The notes under the pieces: generated by a model | The model's input: the letters and a program-made list of their open reading frames with translations, nothing else | Databases searched by the model: none | What the model was told of the DNA's origin: nothing | Shown here: one piece after another, positions 32,399-41,871 of the stretch | Position numbering within the stretch: the stretch's first letter is position 1 | Layout: the number at the start of each line of letters is the position of its first letter | Source of the DNA: an uncultured delta proteobacterium | GTDB taxonomy: Bacteria; Desulfobacterota; Zymogenia; Zymogenales; Zymogenaceae | Reading direction: 5' to 3' | DNA length: 64,000 bases | NCBI GenBank assembly: GCA_963735595.1 | Contig: CAVTLK010000004.1 | Coordinates: 96,001-160,000, forward strand | Program-made: the position numbers and the translations under genes

Positions 32399-32537
32399 TT
32401 TGAATTAAATTGAAACCATATTATACCTGCAGCAGTAGAAACAACACAGATAGATATTAGCCGGCAATATAGTATCACCAGAGTTTACCATTAAAACGGG
32501 CGCTGTGTACGGGCCCCCGTGTTATCGTGCTTCCTTT

Positions 32538-33077
32538 TTAATACCCCTCCAACAACTCCGTCGACCATTCGATCTTCGAGACCCGGCCGTCCTCAAACGA
32601 GATATAGCACACCCGGCAGTAGCCGCAGAGAAGGGATTCATCGTCGGAGGACGCCTTCGGGCAAAGATAGACCCACACGTCACGGCCGCCGTCCGTGAGC
32701 CTTACGTAGCCGTCCCCCAATAGGGCCGCGACATCGTCCCTGGTTGCGCCGATAGAGACGCTTCCATCGGCCGTCCACCGCCCGTTGGTTATGGAAAGCG
32801 CCGAAATCCTGCCCGTATAATCGTCGAAAACCGCCTCGAGCCCGGGGTAGTAGAACACCGTGATAAAGGGCCCCGTCGTGTTGCCGGTGATAACGTCGGG
32901 CGGGCCGAGCCGTTGTTCCATCTCGTCTTTCGTCCGCCCATAATAGTCGATATTCTTCAGAAACCCCACCAACGCGCCCTCGGTCCGGCAGGACACGGCC
33001 GGCAACACCAGCCCGATGAGCAAAATAAACACAACGGCGACGGAGGCCGTTTTTCTTATATGGCTGTCTTTGCTCAT
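32538..33077 (-). CDS. Hypothetical lipoprotein
   Basis: Hydrophobic leader ending AVSC; repeated G.T.DE/DV...LG motif. Confidence 0.6.
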   Translation of the reverse strand: MSKDSHIRKTASVAVVFILLIGLVLPAVSCRTEGALVGFLKNIDYYGRTKDEMEQRLGPPDVITGNTTGPFITVFYYPGLEAVFDDYTGRISALSITNGRWTADGSVSIGATRDDVAALLGDGYVRLTDGGRDVWVYLCPKASSDDESLLCGYCRVCYISFEDGRVSKIEWSTELLEGY

Positions 33078-33122
33078 CGCGAAAATCCCGGTATCAGCCT
33101 GGGATCGCACGGGCCGGACCCC

Positions 33123-33887
33123 TCAGAACTCCACGCGCTTGCCCGGTCTCAGCGGGCAGCCGCCCTGCACGAAGGGCCGGTCGTGCGCGGGGACGACCAG
33201 GGCAGGGATAGAACGAAGCATTTCTCCGCTCCGTTTATGCGTGGAAAAATCGAGGTGCGGTTCATCGAGCAGTGTTTCGTCGGCCCCGCCGCGCCGGCTC
33301 ATCGCGTCCCCGGCAACGAGCACCGCCGAGCGCTCTCCCCTGATAACGTATGAGGTATGGTAGGGCGTGTGGCCGGGGGTGGCCAGCGGCGTTACGCACG
33401 GTGGTATAATCGCCGGCTCGTCCTCGATCCACTCGTACCCCTCCATGTTCCCGTCCCACCAGTATTGGGGCACGTGCCGGGAGTGCTCCAGAAGCATATC
33501 GGCCCGCTCCCGCACGATCGTGTCCGAAAGGTACGGGAAGAACCCCTTGACGTATCCGTACCGATCGGGCGCGTCGACAAAGGCCTTCAGCCAGCTGCGC
33601 GAGAAGTCGTTTTCGCGCCTGCTGGCGATCTTGACCCCGCCGCCGAAGAGGTGGGCCGCGCCGGCGTGGTCGCCGTGGAAATGGGTGAGGAACACGTGGG
33701 TGACATCCGCGGGGGAAAACTTCAGACGCGCAAGCCCCTCCACCAAAGCGTTGCCCGCCCAGTAGCCGGTATCAAAGAGCATCAGGCGGCCGTCGTCCTC
33801 AACGAGCGTGCACATAATCGGAAGGCGGGTGTTGTACCCGCCGACGAGGATATCCATCGATGTCAGGATGATATGGGCAACGGTCAT
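33123..33887 (-). CDS. MBL-fold metallohydrolase
   Basis: FDTG, THFHGDH, TPGHT, VAGDA, AHD; start reassigned to ATG 33887. Confidence 0.82.
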   Translation of the reverse strand: MTVAHIILTSMDILVGGYNTRLPIMCTLVEDDGRLMLFDTGYWAGNALVEGLARLKFSPADVTHVFLTHFHGDHAGAAHLFGGGVKIASRRENDFSRSWLKAFVDAPDRYGYVKGFFPYLSDTIVRERADMLLEHSRHVPQYWWDGNMEGYEWIEDEPAIIPPCVTPLATPGHTPYHTSYVIRGERSAVLVAGDAMSRRGGADETLLDEPHLDFSTHKRSGEMLRSIPALVVPAHDRPFVQGGCPLRPGKRVEF

Positions 33888-33954
33888 GGTGATATGGTAT
33901 ACTATCGGCAGGGAAAAGTAAACCCCTGCCACGAGATCGGCGGAGACGATAATC

Positions 33955-34506
33955 ATGGATAGCGGCAAAAACAGGGCGATGGAAGGGCTCCCGACGGACG
34001 CGGGGCCGGTGATTCCCGGGACCGATTTGACCCTGCGCACCGTGAGAAACGGGGACGCAAACCGAATCCTCGCGCTCATGCGGGAGGTCTTTATCGACGA
34101 AATGGGATGGGACAGGGCCTTCCTGGTCGACGCCGCACACACCCTCGTGGAGCTCCTTGCCGCCGATACCGGCGCCAGGAACCTCTTCCAGGTCTGCTGC
34201 GACGACAGGAAGATAGTCGGCCTGGTCGTGCTTTGCGACGCCGGTGACGGCGCAGGTTTTATCCGGTGGCTGGTCGTCCATAGCAGCGTCCGGGGCATCG
34301 GCCTGGGGCGTCTCCTCCTGACACGGGCGCTGGCCTTCGCCGGGGACGCGGGATTTGACCGGGTGCGTCTCGTAACCGTTCGGGACCTTCCCCAAGCGCT
34401 TGCCTTTTACCTGAAGGCGGGTTTCCGTGAAGTCGCGAATAAGCCCGACATCCTCTGGCGGATGCCGCACGACCTGTGCTTTCTGGAAATAGAGCTAACC
34501 CCGTGA
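33955..34506 (+). CDS. GNAT family acetyltransferase
   Basis: VHSSVRGIGLGRLL (motif A), AFYLKAGF. Confidence 0.85.
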   Translation: MDSGKNRAMEGLPTDAGPVIPGTDLTLRTVRNGDANRILALMREVFIDEMGWDRAFLVDAAHTLVELLAADTGARNLFQVCCDDRKIVGLVVLCDAGDGAGFIRWLVVHSSVRGIGLGRLLLTRALAFAGDAGFDRVRLVTVRDLPQALAFYLKAGFREVANKPDILWRMPHDLCFLEIELTP

Positions 34507-34724
34507 GGTCTGTGTTATCACGTAAAATCTCAATGACAGGTGAGGCGGCTCTCTATCCATTATGAGGCTCTCGTGTATCCCGGCCATCCCGGCTACCTCT
34601 GCCCATTTTTTCCCGAAATCCTCACAGAATTATTGACAATCGAATCGAATTCCTATAGGGTATCCGGTGGGTGATCAATACTAACCTCGCATAAAATTAC
34701 TATCGATATCCAAAGGAGGAACAG

Positions 34725-36590
34725 ATGAGCAACTACCTGGTGGACGAGAGGGACCAGAAGTTCGTGCTCTACGAACAGCTGGAAATGGATAAGCTTACGG
34801 AGCTTTCCCGATATACGGAACACTCGAAAGACATGTACGACATGGTCCTTGAAGAGGCCCGGAAACTGGCCGTGGGGGTTCTGGAACCCGCGGTGTCCGA
34901 GGCTGACAAGGAAGGGTGCCGGATCGAAAACGGCAATGTCATTGTTCCCAAGGTCTTTCACAACGCCCTCAAGCTCTACGCCGAGGGCGGATGGATCAGC
35001 CTCTCGCACCCCCCCGAAGTGGGCGGACAGGGGCTGCCGATGCTCCTCAACATCGCGTCAAAGGAGTACTTCAACTGTAACTTCCCGTTCCTGTCATACA
35101 CGGGGCTGACCGAGGGCGCCGCCCACCTGATCGCGAACTTCGGGACCGACCGGCAGAAAAAGCTCTACATGGAAAAAATGTTCGCCGGCGAGTGGGCGGG
35201 CACCATGGTGCTGACCGAGCCGGGGGCCGGCTCCGACGTGGGATCGCTGAAGACCTCGGCCAAAAAGAACGCCGACGGCACCTACACCGTCACCGGCACA
35301 AAGATCTTTATTACCGGCGGCGACCACGACCTGACCGATAACATCGTCCACGCCGTGCTCGCGCGCATCGAGGGCGCGCCCGCCGGAACCAAAGGCATCT
35401 CCATATTCATCGTCCCCAAGTTCCTCGTCAAGGAAGACGGCACCCTCGGGGAGCGCAACGACTACAATATCGGCGGCATCGAGCACAAGATGGGGATTAA
35501 TGGATCGGCGACCTGCCTCATGAACTTCGGGGACAACGGCAAGTGCTACGCCGAGCTGCTCGGCGAAGAGAACCAGGGTATGATGATCATGTTCGTCCTC
35601 ATGAACGAGGCGCGCATCGGCGTGGGGATGCAGGGGCTGGCAGCCGCTTCCCGTGCCTACCTCTATTCCGTGAAATACGCCAAGGAGCGCCTCCAGGGCT
35701 CGGACCTGGCCAACTTCAGGAATCCCGAGGCGCCGCGCGTGCCCATTATTAACCACCCGGACGTGCGCCGGATGCTCCTCTGGATGAAGTCCCACGCCGA
35801 GAGTTTCCGGGCCATGCTCTATTACACCGCCCGGGCCGAAGACTTCGCGATCACGGGAAAGACCGAGGAGGAGCGCGAGAAGTGGCACGGCGTCCTGGAG
35901 ATCATGACCCCGATCGTCAAATCATGGGGATCGGACGTCGGCTTCTGGGTGGCCGACCAGGCAATCCAGGTGCACGGCGGCTACGGCTACACGCGGGAAT
36001 ACCCGGTGGAGCAGATCCTGCGCGACGTGAAGATCGCCGCGATCTACGAAGGCACCAACGGCATACAGGCGCTTGACCTGGTGGGCCGCAAGCTCGGCCA
36101 GAAGGGCGGCAAGAACTTCATGGCCCTCATGGGCGATATGTATGGGTTCATCTCCGCCCAGTCGGGCAACGACAAGATCAAGGACCTCGTGGACGCCCTC
36201 AAAAAGGCGGTGGATCTCCTGGCCGAGATGGCCACCTTCTTCGTCACGTGCGGGAAGGAGGGCAACTTCCTGGTCCCCGTGGGCAACGCCTACCCCTTCC
36301 TCAACATGATGGCGCACATTGTCTCCGCCTACATGCTGGTCTGGCAGGCGGCAATCGCCAAGGATAAGCTCGATGTGCTGGCAAAGGCAGCCGGCGCCGA
36401 CCCCGCTGACTGGGGGAAATGGGCCGCCTTCATCAAGGACAACAGCGATGCCGCCTTTTACGTGGGCAAGATTTCCTCGGCGAAATACTTCATCTTCAAC
36501 GTCCTGCCGCGTATCGACAGCTACGCCACGGCCATCAAGAGCAAGGACCTCTCGATCATGGAGATCCCGGCCGAGTCGTTCGCGTCTTAA
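34725..36590 (+). CDS. Acyl-CoA dehydrogenase (long type with C-terminal extension)
   Basis: MVLTEPGAGSD, GTKIFITGG, EHKMG, QVHGGYGY, IYEGTNGIQA. Confidence 0.94.
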   Translation: MSNYLVDERDQKFVLYEQLEMDKLTELSRYTEHSKDMYDMVLEEARKLAVGVLEPAVSEADKEGCRIENGNVIVPKVFHNALKLYAEGGWISLSHPPEVGGQGLPMLLNIASKEYFNCNFPFLSYTGLTEGAAHLIANFGTDRQKKLYMEKMFAGEWAGTMVLTEPGAGSDVGSLKTSAKKNADGTYTVTGTKIFITGGDHDLTDNIVHAVLARIEGAPAGTKGISIFIVPKFLVKEDGTLGERNDYNIGGIEHKMGINGSATCLMNFGDNGKCYAELLGEENQGMMIMFVLMNEARIGVGMQGLAAASRAYLYSVKYAKERLQGSDLANFRNPEAPRVPIINHPDVRRMLLWMKSHAESFRAMLYYTARAEDFAITGKTEEEREKWHGVLEIMTPIVKSWGSDVGFWVADQAIQVHGGYGYTREYPVEQILRDVKIAAIYEGTNGIQALDLVGRKLGQKGGKNFMALMGDMYGFISAQSGNDKIKDLVDALKKAVDLLAEMATFFVTCGKEGNFLVPVGNAYPFLNMMAHIVSAYMLVWQAAIAKDKLDVLAKAAGADPADWGKWAAFIKDNSDAAFYVGKISSAKYFIFNVLPRIDSYATAIKSKDLSIMEIPAESFAS

Positions 36591-36612
36591 CACTACCAAC
36601 CAACGTACTCAC

Positions 36613-36642
36613 CGGGGGGGGCTTTCAGCCCCCCCCGTTTTT
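36613..36642 (+). terminator. Intrinsic terminator
   Basis: G-run/C-run hairpin (CGGGGGGGGCT-TTC-AGCCCCCCCCG) followed by TTTTT. Confidence 0.75.
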
Positions 36643-36818
36643 CTATGGGCCGGCCGTGTTCTCCTCATTTCTATCATTGCAGTTCCCCGAGCAACACCGA
36701 AACTGATTCGTTTCATTTGTGCAACTCCCTCTTGATTAACCGTCAATAGCCCCGCCGATGTCAAGACGAACTAGGCGATATCATTGGAAAAATATTACTA
36801 TATAAATTGCAATAGTTT

Positions 36819-36834
36819 TGGAATAGAAATTGCA
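36819..36834 (+). promoter_or_regulatory. Putative sigma54 -24/-12 promoter of the autotransporter gene
   Basis: TGGAATAGAAATTGCA (GG-N10-GC), AT-rich tract upstream, UAS-like CGTTTCATTTGTGCAACT at 36709-36726. Confidence 0.6.
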
Positions 36835-36881
36835 CTTATGATAGGCATTTGTCATCCATTTATCTGGAGGAATATCGTCCC

Positions 36882-39800
36882 ATGAACGCAAAACGGATTC
36901 TCGGCCTCGCGCTGGTTGTCTGCACGCTGGCCGTTGCATTTCCCGTGTCGGCCCCTGCCGCAGACCAACCGAACGCCTGGACGATCCATTTCAGGCCGGG
37001 TGTCCGCTTCGGTACGGACGACAGGACGCTCTTTATCATGGATTTCCTCGTCCCGCTCTACCAGGACGAGAAAAATATCCTCTTTTTCAACCCCAAGTTC
37101 ACACCGGACAACCTCGATGGGTTTGAGGCCAACTTCGGGCTTGGCTACCGGAGGCTCCTGATTGCCGACAGGGTAATCCTGGGCGGCAATGTCTTCTACG
37201 ATAACCGCCTCACCGGCTGGGGCACCCGGTGGGAGCAGGTCGGCGTGGGCGCCGAGGCGATGGCCGAGTTCAATACGTACGCGGCCTTCACCGGCCGCTT
37301 CAATTACTATATCCCACTCACTGCCGACCGGGTCACGGCCGGGGGCGGCGGAGGCGGTACCGGTTATTTCTTCCGGGAACAGGGGATATGGACTTCCGGC
37401 GGCGGCGGGACGCTGGTGGAGGAGGCGCCGGAGGGGTTTGACGGCGAGGTGGGTTACCGCGTGCCGGTGGTTTCGGACTACGTGGAGACCTGGGTCTACG
37501 TCGGGGGCTACCATTATCACGGCAGCAACATCGGGACGATCAACGGCTTCTCGGCACGGCTCGAGATAATTCCGACGGATTTTGTACGCATCAACTACGA
37601 GTACCGGAACGACCGCACGACCCACGGCGAGCACCACGGCGAGGTGGCGTTCGAGGTGCCGTTTTCCATTGACCGTCTCTGCGCCGGCAAGAACCCCTTT
37701 GAGGGGCTGGGCAGGCGCCTCAAGGGCAGCCGGGATATTAAGGAGCGGATGGTCGAGCCGGTCCGGCGCGACGTTGATATCCGCGTCGTGCACGGCGGCG
37801 CCGCCGGCACGGCCGATACAATGGTCGAGGACGTGGTCTTCGTCAGCGAGGACGCCGAGAACGTCGCCGGCACGCCCGACGGCACCTTCGAACACCCGTT
37901 TGCCAGTATCACCGAGGCGATGGCCGCCATCGATTCCGGGGGCGTCTACGCCACGATCAACACGATCCATGTCATCAACGACAGCGACACGGAAACCGCC
38001 GGGGGCGGCACGGCGAACCTCGCCAGCCTCATGATCTGGGGCTCCGGGCAGCCGCACCCGGTCTTCGGCGTCATCACCAACCAGGTGTCCGGCTACCCCA
38101 CGATCGCCGACGAGCTGATCCTCGGGGGCGGCGCGATAGACGTCTTCGGGTCGATCTACACCGGTGCAAACGGGATTACGGTTAACGGCGCCGGCGCGGA
38201 CATCCACCACAACCACTTTAGCGGCAATACCTGGGGCATCAACGTAGTCGGTGGATCGGCGGCTATCACCGATAACGACATCACCTGCGACTATACTGCC
38301 GGGCCCCCGATTGCCGGTATCATCGTGAGCGGCGGCTCTATCTCTACCATCTCCCGCAACGCCATCACCGCCGGCGGCGCCGTGGCCCTCTACGGCGTCT
38401 ACTTTAGCGGGGTGCCGTCGATAGGCGGCGCCGTGATCTCAGACAACACCATTGCGCTCTCCTACGACGGCCCGGGGACCCTGGCGGCGGGTATCTTCTT
38501 CTCCGGTGCCGATACCACGATAACCGACACGCGGATCATGTCCAACACGATCACGGTGACGGCCCCCGACACGGGTTCCGTCTACGGGATCGGGTCGCTC
38601 TTAAGCGCGGGCGACCTCGGCCTTGAGATCGGGGGCAACACCATCACGGTGGCCGGCGGTCCGGTTAGCGGGTCCGGAATCTACTTCAGGACGGGAGGCA
38701 CGGGTTCCATCACGGCCGACATCTACGATAACGTCCTCACGGTCTCGGGGGCGGGAGACGCCTACGGGATCGGCCTGAGCGCCGGGAGGAGCATCTACGC
38801 GAGCATTACCGGCAACGACCTCTCCGGAGGGATATCGGGTGAAGGAATCACGGACGGCGTATACGGGATACAGCTGATCACCGACGGCCATCCCATCTCG
38901 GAAATGTATAACATCGCCGGCCTCGGAGGCGGCGACCTCCTGATCTCCAACAACGACCTCGGCGGGGCGGGCATCCGCGCGACGGGCGCAGATGGGTACG
39001 CCTATGGGATCGACATCTACTCGCGGGCCGGGAACCTCTACGCGCTTGCGTCAAACGGCGGGGGCATCACCGGCAACACCATCGTGGCCGACGGGTCCGA
39101 CCTCTCCGGGACCGATGTTGCGTCGGCGGACGGCATCGTCGCCGAGACCAGGGATGACCTCGCCGCCACGATAACCGGCGGAAGCGTAACCGCGACCGGC
39201 CTGGGCGGCCTGGGTATCGGGCTGGTCTCGGACCTTGCAGACGTAGATGCAACGATATCCGTGCCGACGATCAGCGCGACCGGCACCGACAATGAGGTGA
39301 TCGGGATCTATCTGTATGCGGACAACGGGGATCTCGACGTAACCGTCACCGATACCGCCATCACCGCGAACACCCAGAACTGGTGGGCATACGGGATCAC
39401 CGGGGGCGCCGGCTACGACCTCACCGCGCTATTTTCCGGCGGCAGCATCAACTCGTCGGGCCTCGGCGCGGATGGTATCGAACTCTGGAATTACAGCGGC
39501 ATCCTGGACGTCGACATCTCGGTGCCGACAATCACCGCGACCGGCACCTATACGGTCGGGACGGGCTTCTACGCCACCGGAATAATCCTCGAGTCCCTCA
39601 ACGATGCGATCGACATGACCGTCACCGATACGAACATCACGGCCATCGGGACGACGAACACCCGCTCGCGGGGCATCAACGCCAGCGGATACCTTGGCAT
39701 CACCGCGCTGATCTCCGGCGGCAGCATCACCTCGACGGGGCGCCGGGCGGAGGGTATCTATCTCGGGACCACCGGGACGGGCAGCATCGTAAACGCCGGC

Positions 39801-40925
39801 ATCTCGGGACTGACGCTCAACGTGACCGGCACCAATACGGCCGGGTCGGGCAACGATATGTACGCAACGGGGATATCCTTCTCGGCGTCCAACGGGATCA
39901 TCGAGGCGACCCTCACCGGAAACGACATCACGGTCTTCGCGACGCCGGGCAACTCGGTGACGTCGGGCTTCACGGCCAGGGGAATCTATGGAACCGCGCG
40001 CAACGGTATCACCGCTCTCATTTCCGGCGGCGGGATAGAGACCTCGGGAGGCAGCGCGTTCGGGATCAGGTTCGACGCCACCAACGGCAACATAGACACC
40101 GACATCTCGGTGCCGACGATCATCGCGGCTGGAACGGGTAACGGCATGGAAAGCCATGGCATCTGGCTGAGAACAACTAACTCCGGCAACATCGACGCCG
40201 ACATCCACGGGATTACCGGCATGACCGTCAGTGCCACCTACGGCCTCGCGCGCGGGGTCTCCATGGAGTCCAGGGGCGGCCTCACCGGGTCCGTCTACGG
40301 CAACACCATGACCGTCTCCGGTATGCGAACTGCGGCCTCTCCTTACTTTTACCCGACCGGCGTGTACCTCCGGGCCTATACCGACGTCGGGTCGCAGGCC
40401 TCGCCGTTTTTGATGTACAACAACAGCCTGACGGTCACCAATATAAACGCGTCGCCGCAGAGAGAAGCCTTCGGGTTTGCCATCAACTACGACACCTTCC
40501 GCGGAATGGCCTACGGCGACAACGTCTACGCCCAGATATACTCGAACACGATCAACGTGTCTGGAGGGACCGGAAGCTTCGGCTACGGGGCTGTCGGCGG
40601 GCTTATCGCCGCCCGTAACCTGATCGGGTATAACGGCGTGACCGGCTCGCCGGCCGTTATCAGCGGCAACACCGTGACGCTCACCTCCAACGTGGCGGCC
40701 CTCGGGTTCTATCTCTACCGGAGGAACGCCGCGACGCCCGGAACCGGAAACTACGTGGACTTCAACAACGCCGCGTACGGCGGCGCAAACACCATCACCG
40801 CGACCGGGGCGGCCGGCCTCTACAACACCAGCCCGTTTTCCATGGGCCACCCGGGGTACTATTCAAACTTCAACTGGGGGGCAAGCGGCACGCCCGGAAA
40901 CAGCCGGGACTACATCCACTTCTAA
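36882..40925 (+). CDS. Inverse autotransporter (intimin/invasin-type beta domain) with beta-helix passenger
   Basis: Signal peptide; barrel motifs NFGLGYR, GGNVFYD, QVGVGAE, GFDGEVG; linker RMVEPVRRDVDI; DGTFEHPFASITEA followed by G/T/I/N-rich repeats. Confidence 0.8.
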   Translation: MNAKRILGLALVVCTLAVAFPVSAPAADQPNAWTIHFRPGVRFGTDDRTLFIMDFLVPLYQDEKNILFFNPKFTPDNLDGFEANFGLGYRRLLIADRVILGGNVFYDNRLTGWGTRWEQVGVGAEAMAEFNTYAAFTGRFNYYIPLTADRVTAGGGGGGTGYFFREQGIWTSGGGGTLVEEAPEGFDGEVGYRVPVVSDYVETWVYVGGYHYHGSNIGTINGFSARLEIIPTDFVRINYEYRNDRTTHGEHHGEVAFEVPFSIDRLCAGKNPFEGLGRRLKGSRDIKERMVEPVRRDVDIRVVHGGAAGTADTMVEDVVFVSEDAENVAGTPDGTFEHPFASITEAMAAIDSGGVYATINTIHVINDSDTETAGGGTANLASLMIWGSGQPHPVFGVITNQVSGYPTIADELILGGGAIDVFGSIYTGANGITVNGAGADIHHNHFSGNTWGINVVGGSAAITDNDITCDYTAGPPIAGIIVSGGSISTISRNAITAGGAVALYGVYFSGVPSIGGAVISDNTIALSYDGPGTLAAGIFFSGADTTITDTRIMSNTITVTAPDTGSVYGIGSLLSAGDLGLEIGGNTITVAGGPVSGSGIYFRTGGTGSITADIYDNVLTVSGAGDAYGIGLSAGRSIYASITGNDLSGGISGEGITDGVYGIQLITDGHPISEMYNIAGLGGGDLLISNNDLGGAGIRATGADGYAYGIDIYSRAGNLYALASNGGGITGNTIVADGSDLSGTDVASADGIVAETRDDLAATITGGSVTATGLGGLGIGLVSDLADVDATISVPTISATGTDNEVIGIYLYADNGDLDVTVTDTAITANTQNWWAYGITGGAGYDLTALFSGGSINSSGLGADGIELWNYSGILDVDISVPTITATGTYTVGTGFYATGIILESLNDAIDMTVTDTNITAIGTTNTRSRGINASGYLGITALISGGSITSTGRRAEGIYLGTTGTGSIVNAGISGLTLNVTGTNTAGSGNDMYATGISFSASNGIIEATLTGNDITVFATPGNSVTSGFTARGIYGTARNGITALISGGGIETSGGSAFGIRFDATNGNIDTDISVPTIIAAGTGNGMESHGIWLRTTNSGNIDADIHGITGMTVSATYGLARGVSMESRGGLTGSVYGNTMTVSGMRTAASPYFYPTGVYLRAYTDVGSQASPFLMYNNSLTVTNINASPQREAFGFAINYDTFRGMAYGDNVYAQIYSNTINVSGGTGSFGYGAVGGLIAARNLIGYNGVTGSPAVISGNTVTLTSNVAALGFYLYRRNAATPGTGNYVDFNNAAYGGANTITATGAAGLYNTSPFSMGHPGYYSNFNWGASGTPGNSRDYIHF

Positions 40926-40966
40926 GGGGAACAACCGCGGTCTTCCGAGAAGACCGGCCGGAACAC

Positions 40967-40998
40967 GAAAACGGGGGGCATATCGCCCCCCGTTTTTT
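40967..40998. terminator. Bidirectional terminator
   Basis: AAAACGGGGGGC-ATATC-GCCCCCCGTTTTTT. Confidence 0.8.
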
Positions 40999-41018
40999 AT
41001 CCCCGATAGGTACGGCAG

Positions 41019-41780
41019 TTATTTCGTCATGATCTCCTGCGCCAGTGAGAGGTAGGCCTTCGACCCGATCGAGTTGATATCGAAGAGGATGATCGGCTTT
41101 TTCATGAGCGGCGCCTCGGCGAGCCTCACGGTGCGCGGGATGGACGTGGTAAAGACCTTGTCTCCCATCGCGCTTTTCAGGTTCTGGCTGATCTTCTTGC
41201 CGAGGTTGGTGTGGTAGTTTACCATCGTCAGGAGGAACCCCTCGATAGTAAGGGATGTGTTGTAGCGCTTGGCCACCTCGCGGGCGGCGCGCAGGAGCTT
41301 CCCCAGGCTGTCCATCGAGAAGAACTCCCCCTGGACCGGCACCAGGATCGAGTTTGCCGCGATCATGCTGGATATCGTGAGCGAGTTGAGGGCCGGGGGG
41401 CAGTCCAGCATGATATAGTCATAGAATTTATCAATCTCGGCAAGCTTGTCTTTGAGCTTGAACCGATCCTTGCGCAGCGCCTGCACGAGCTGGTCCTCCT
41501 CTTCCGGGTTTGCCGTGTTATTGACGATTACGTCCAGGAACTGGATGTCGGTATTGAGGACCGCCTCCGTCGTCGGAATGTCGTGGTATATCATGTTGTA
41601 GACGCCGTACCGCACGTTCTTGCCGTCCTTGCCGAAGGATGACGATACGCCGCATTGCGGGTCGATCCCGACGACCAGCGCCCGGGCCTCGAGGGCCGCG
41701 ATGCTCGCGCCAAGGTTCACCGCGGTGGTGGTCTTGCCCACGCCGCCTTTTTGACTGACCACGGCGATCACTTTTGCCAT
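41019..41780 (-). CDS. ParA/Soj-family ATPase (no adjacent parB)
   Basis: SQKGGVGKTTTAVNL, IDPQ, MLDCPP, PVQGE, IPRTVRLAEAP. Confidence 0.92.
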   Translation of the reverse strand: MAKVIAVVSQKGGVGKTTTAVNLGASIAALEARALVVGIDPQCGVSSSFGKDGKNVRYGVYNMIYHDIPTTEAVLNTDIQFLDVIVNNTANPEEEDQLVQALRKDRFKLKDKLAEIDKFYDYIMLDCPPALNSLTISSMIAANSILVPVQGEFFSMDSLGKLLRAAREVAKRYNTSLTIEGFLLTMVNYHTNLGKKISQNLKSAMGDKVFTTSIPRTVRLAEAPLMKKPIILFDINSIGSKAYLSLAQEIMTK

Positions 41781-41871
41781 AGGTTGTCTCCCCGCCCGCC
41801 GATTGACGGCTGTCTTAATCCGCTCCCGTATCCCGGCAAAACCGGCGCTCACCGGTCCGCAGGTTTCACCG

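Noticed and set aside
41019..41780. Chromosomal parA of the origin region
   Set aside because: No parB, gidAB or dnaA neighbours and no parS seen
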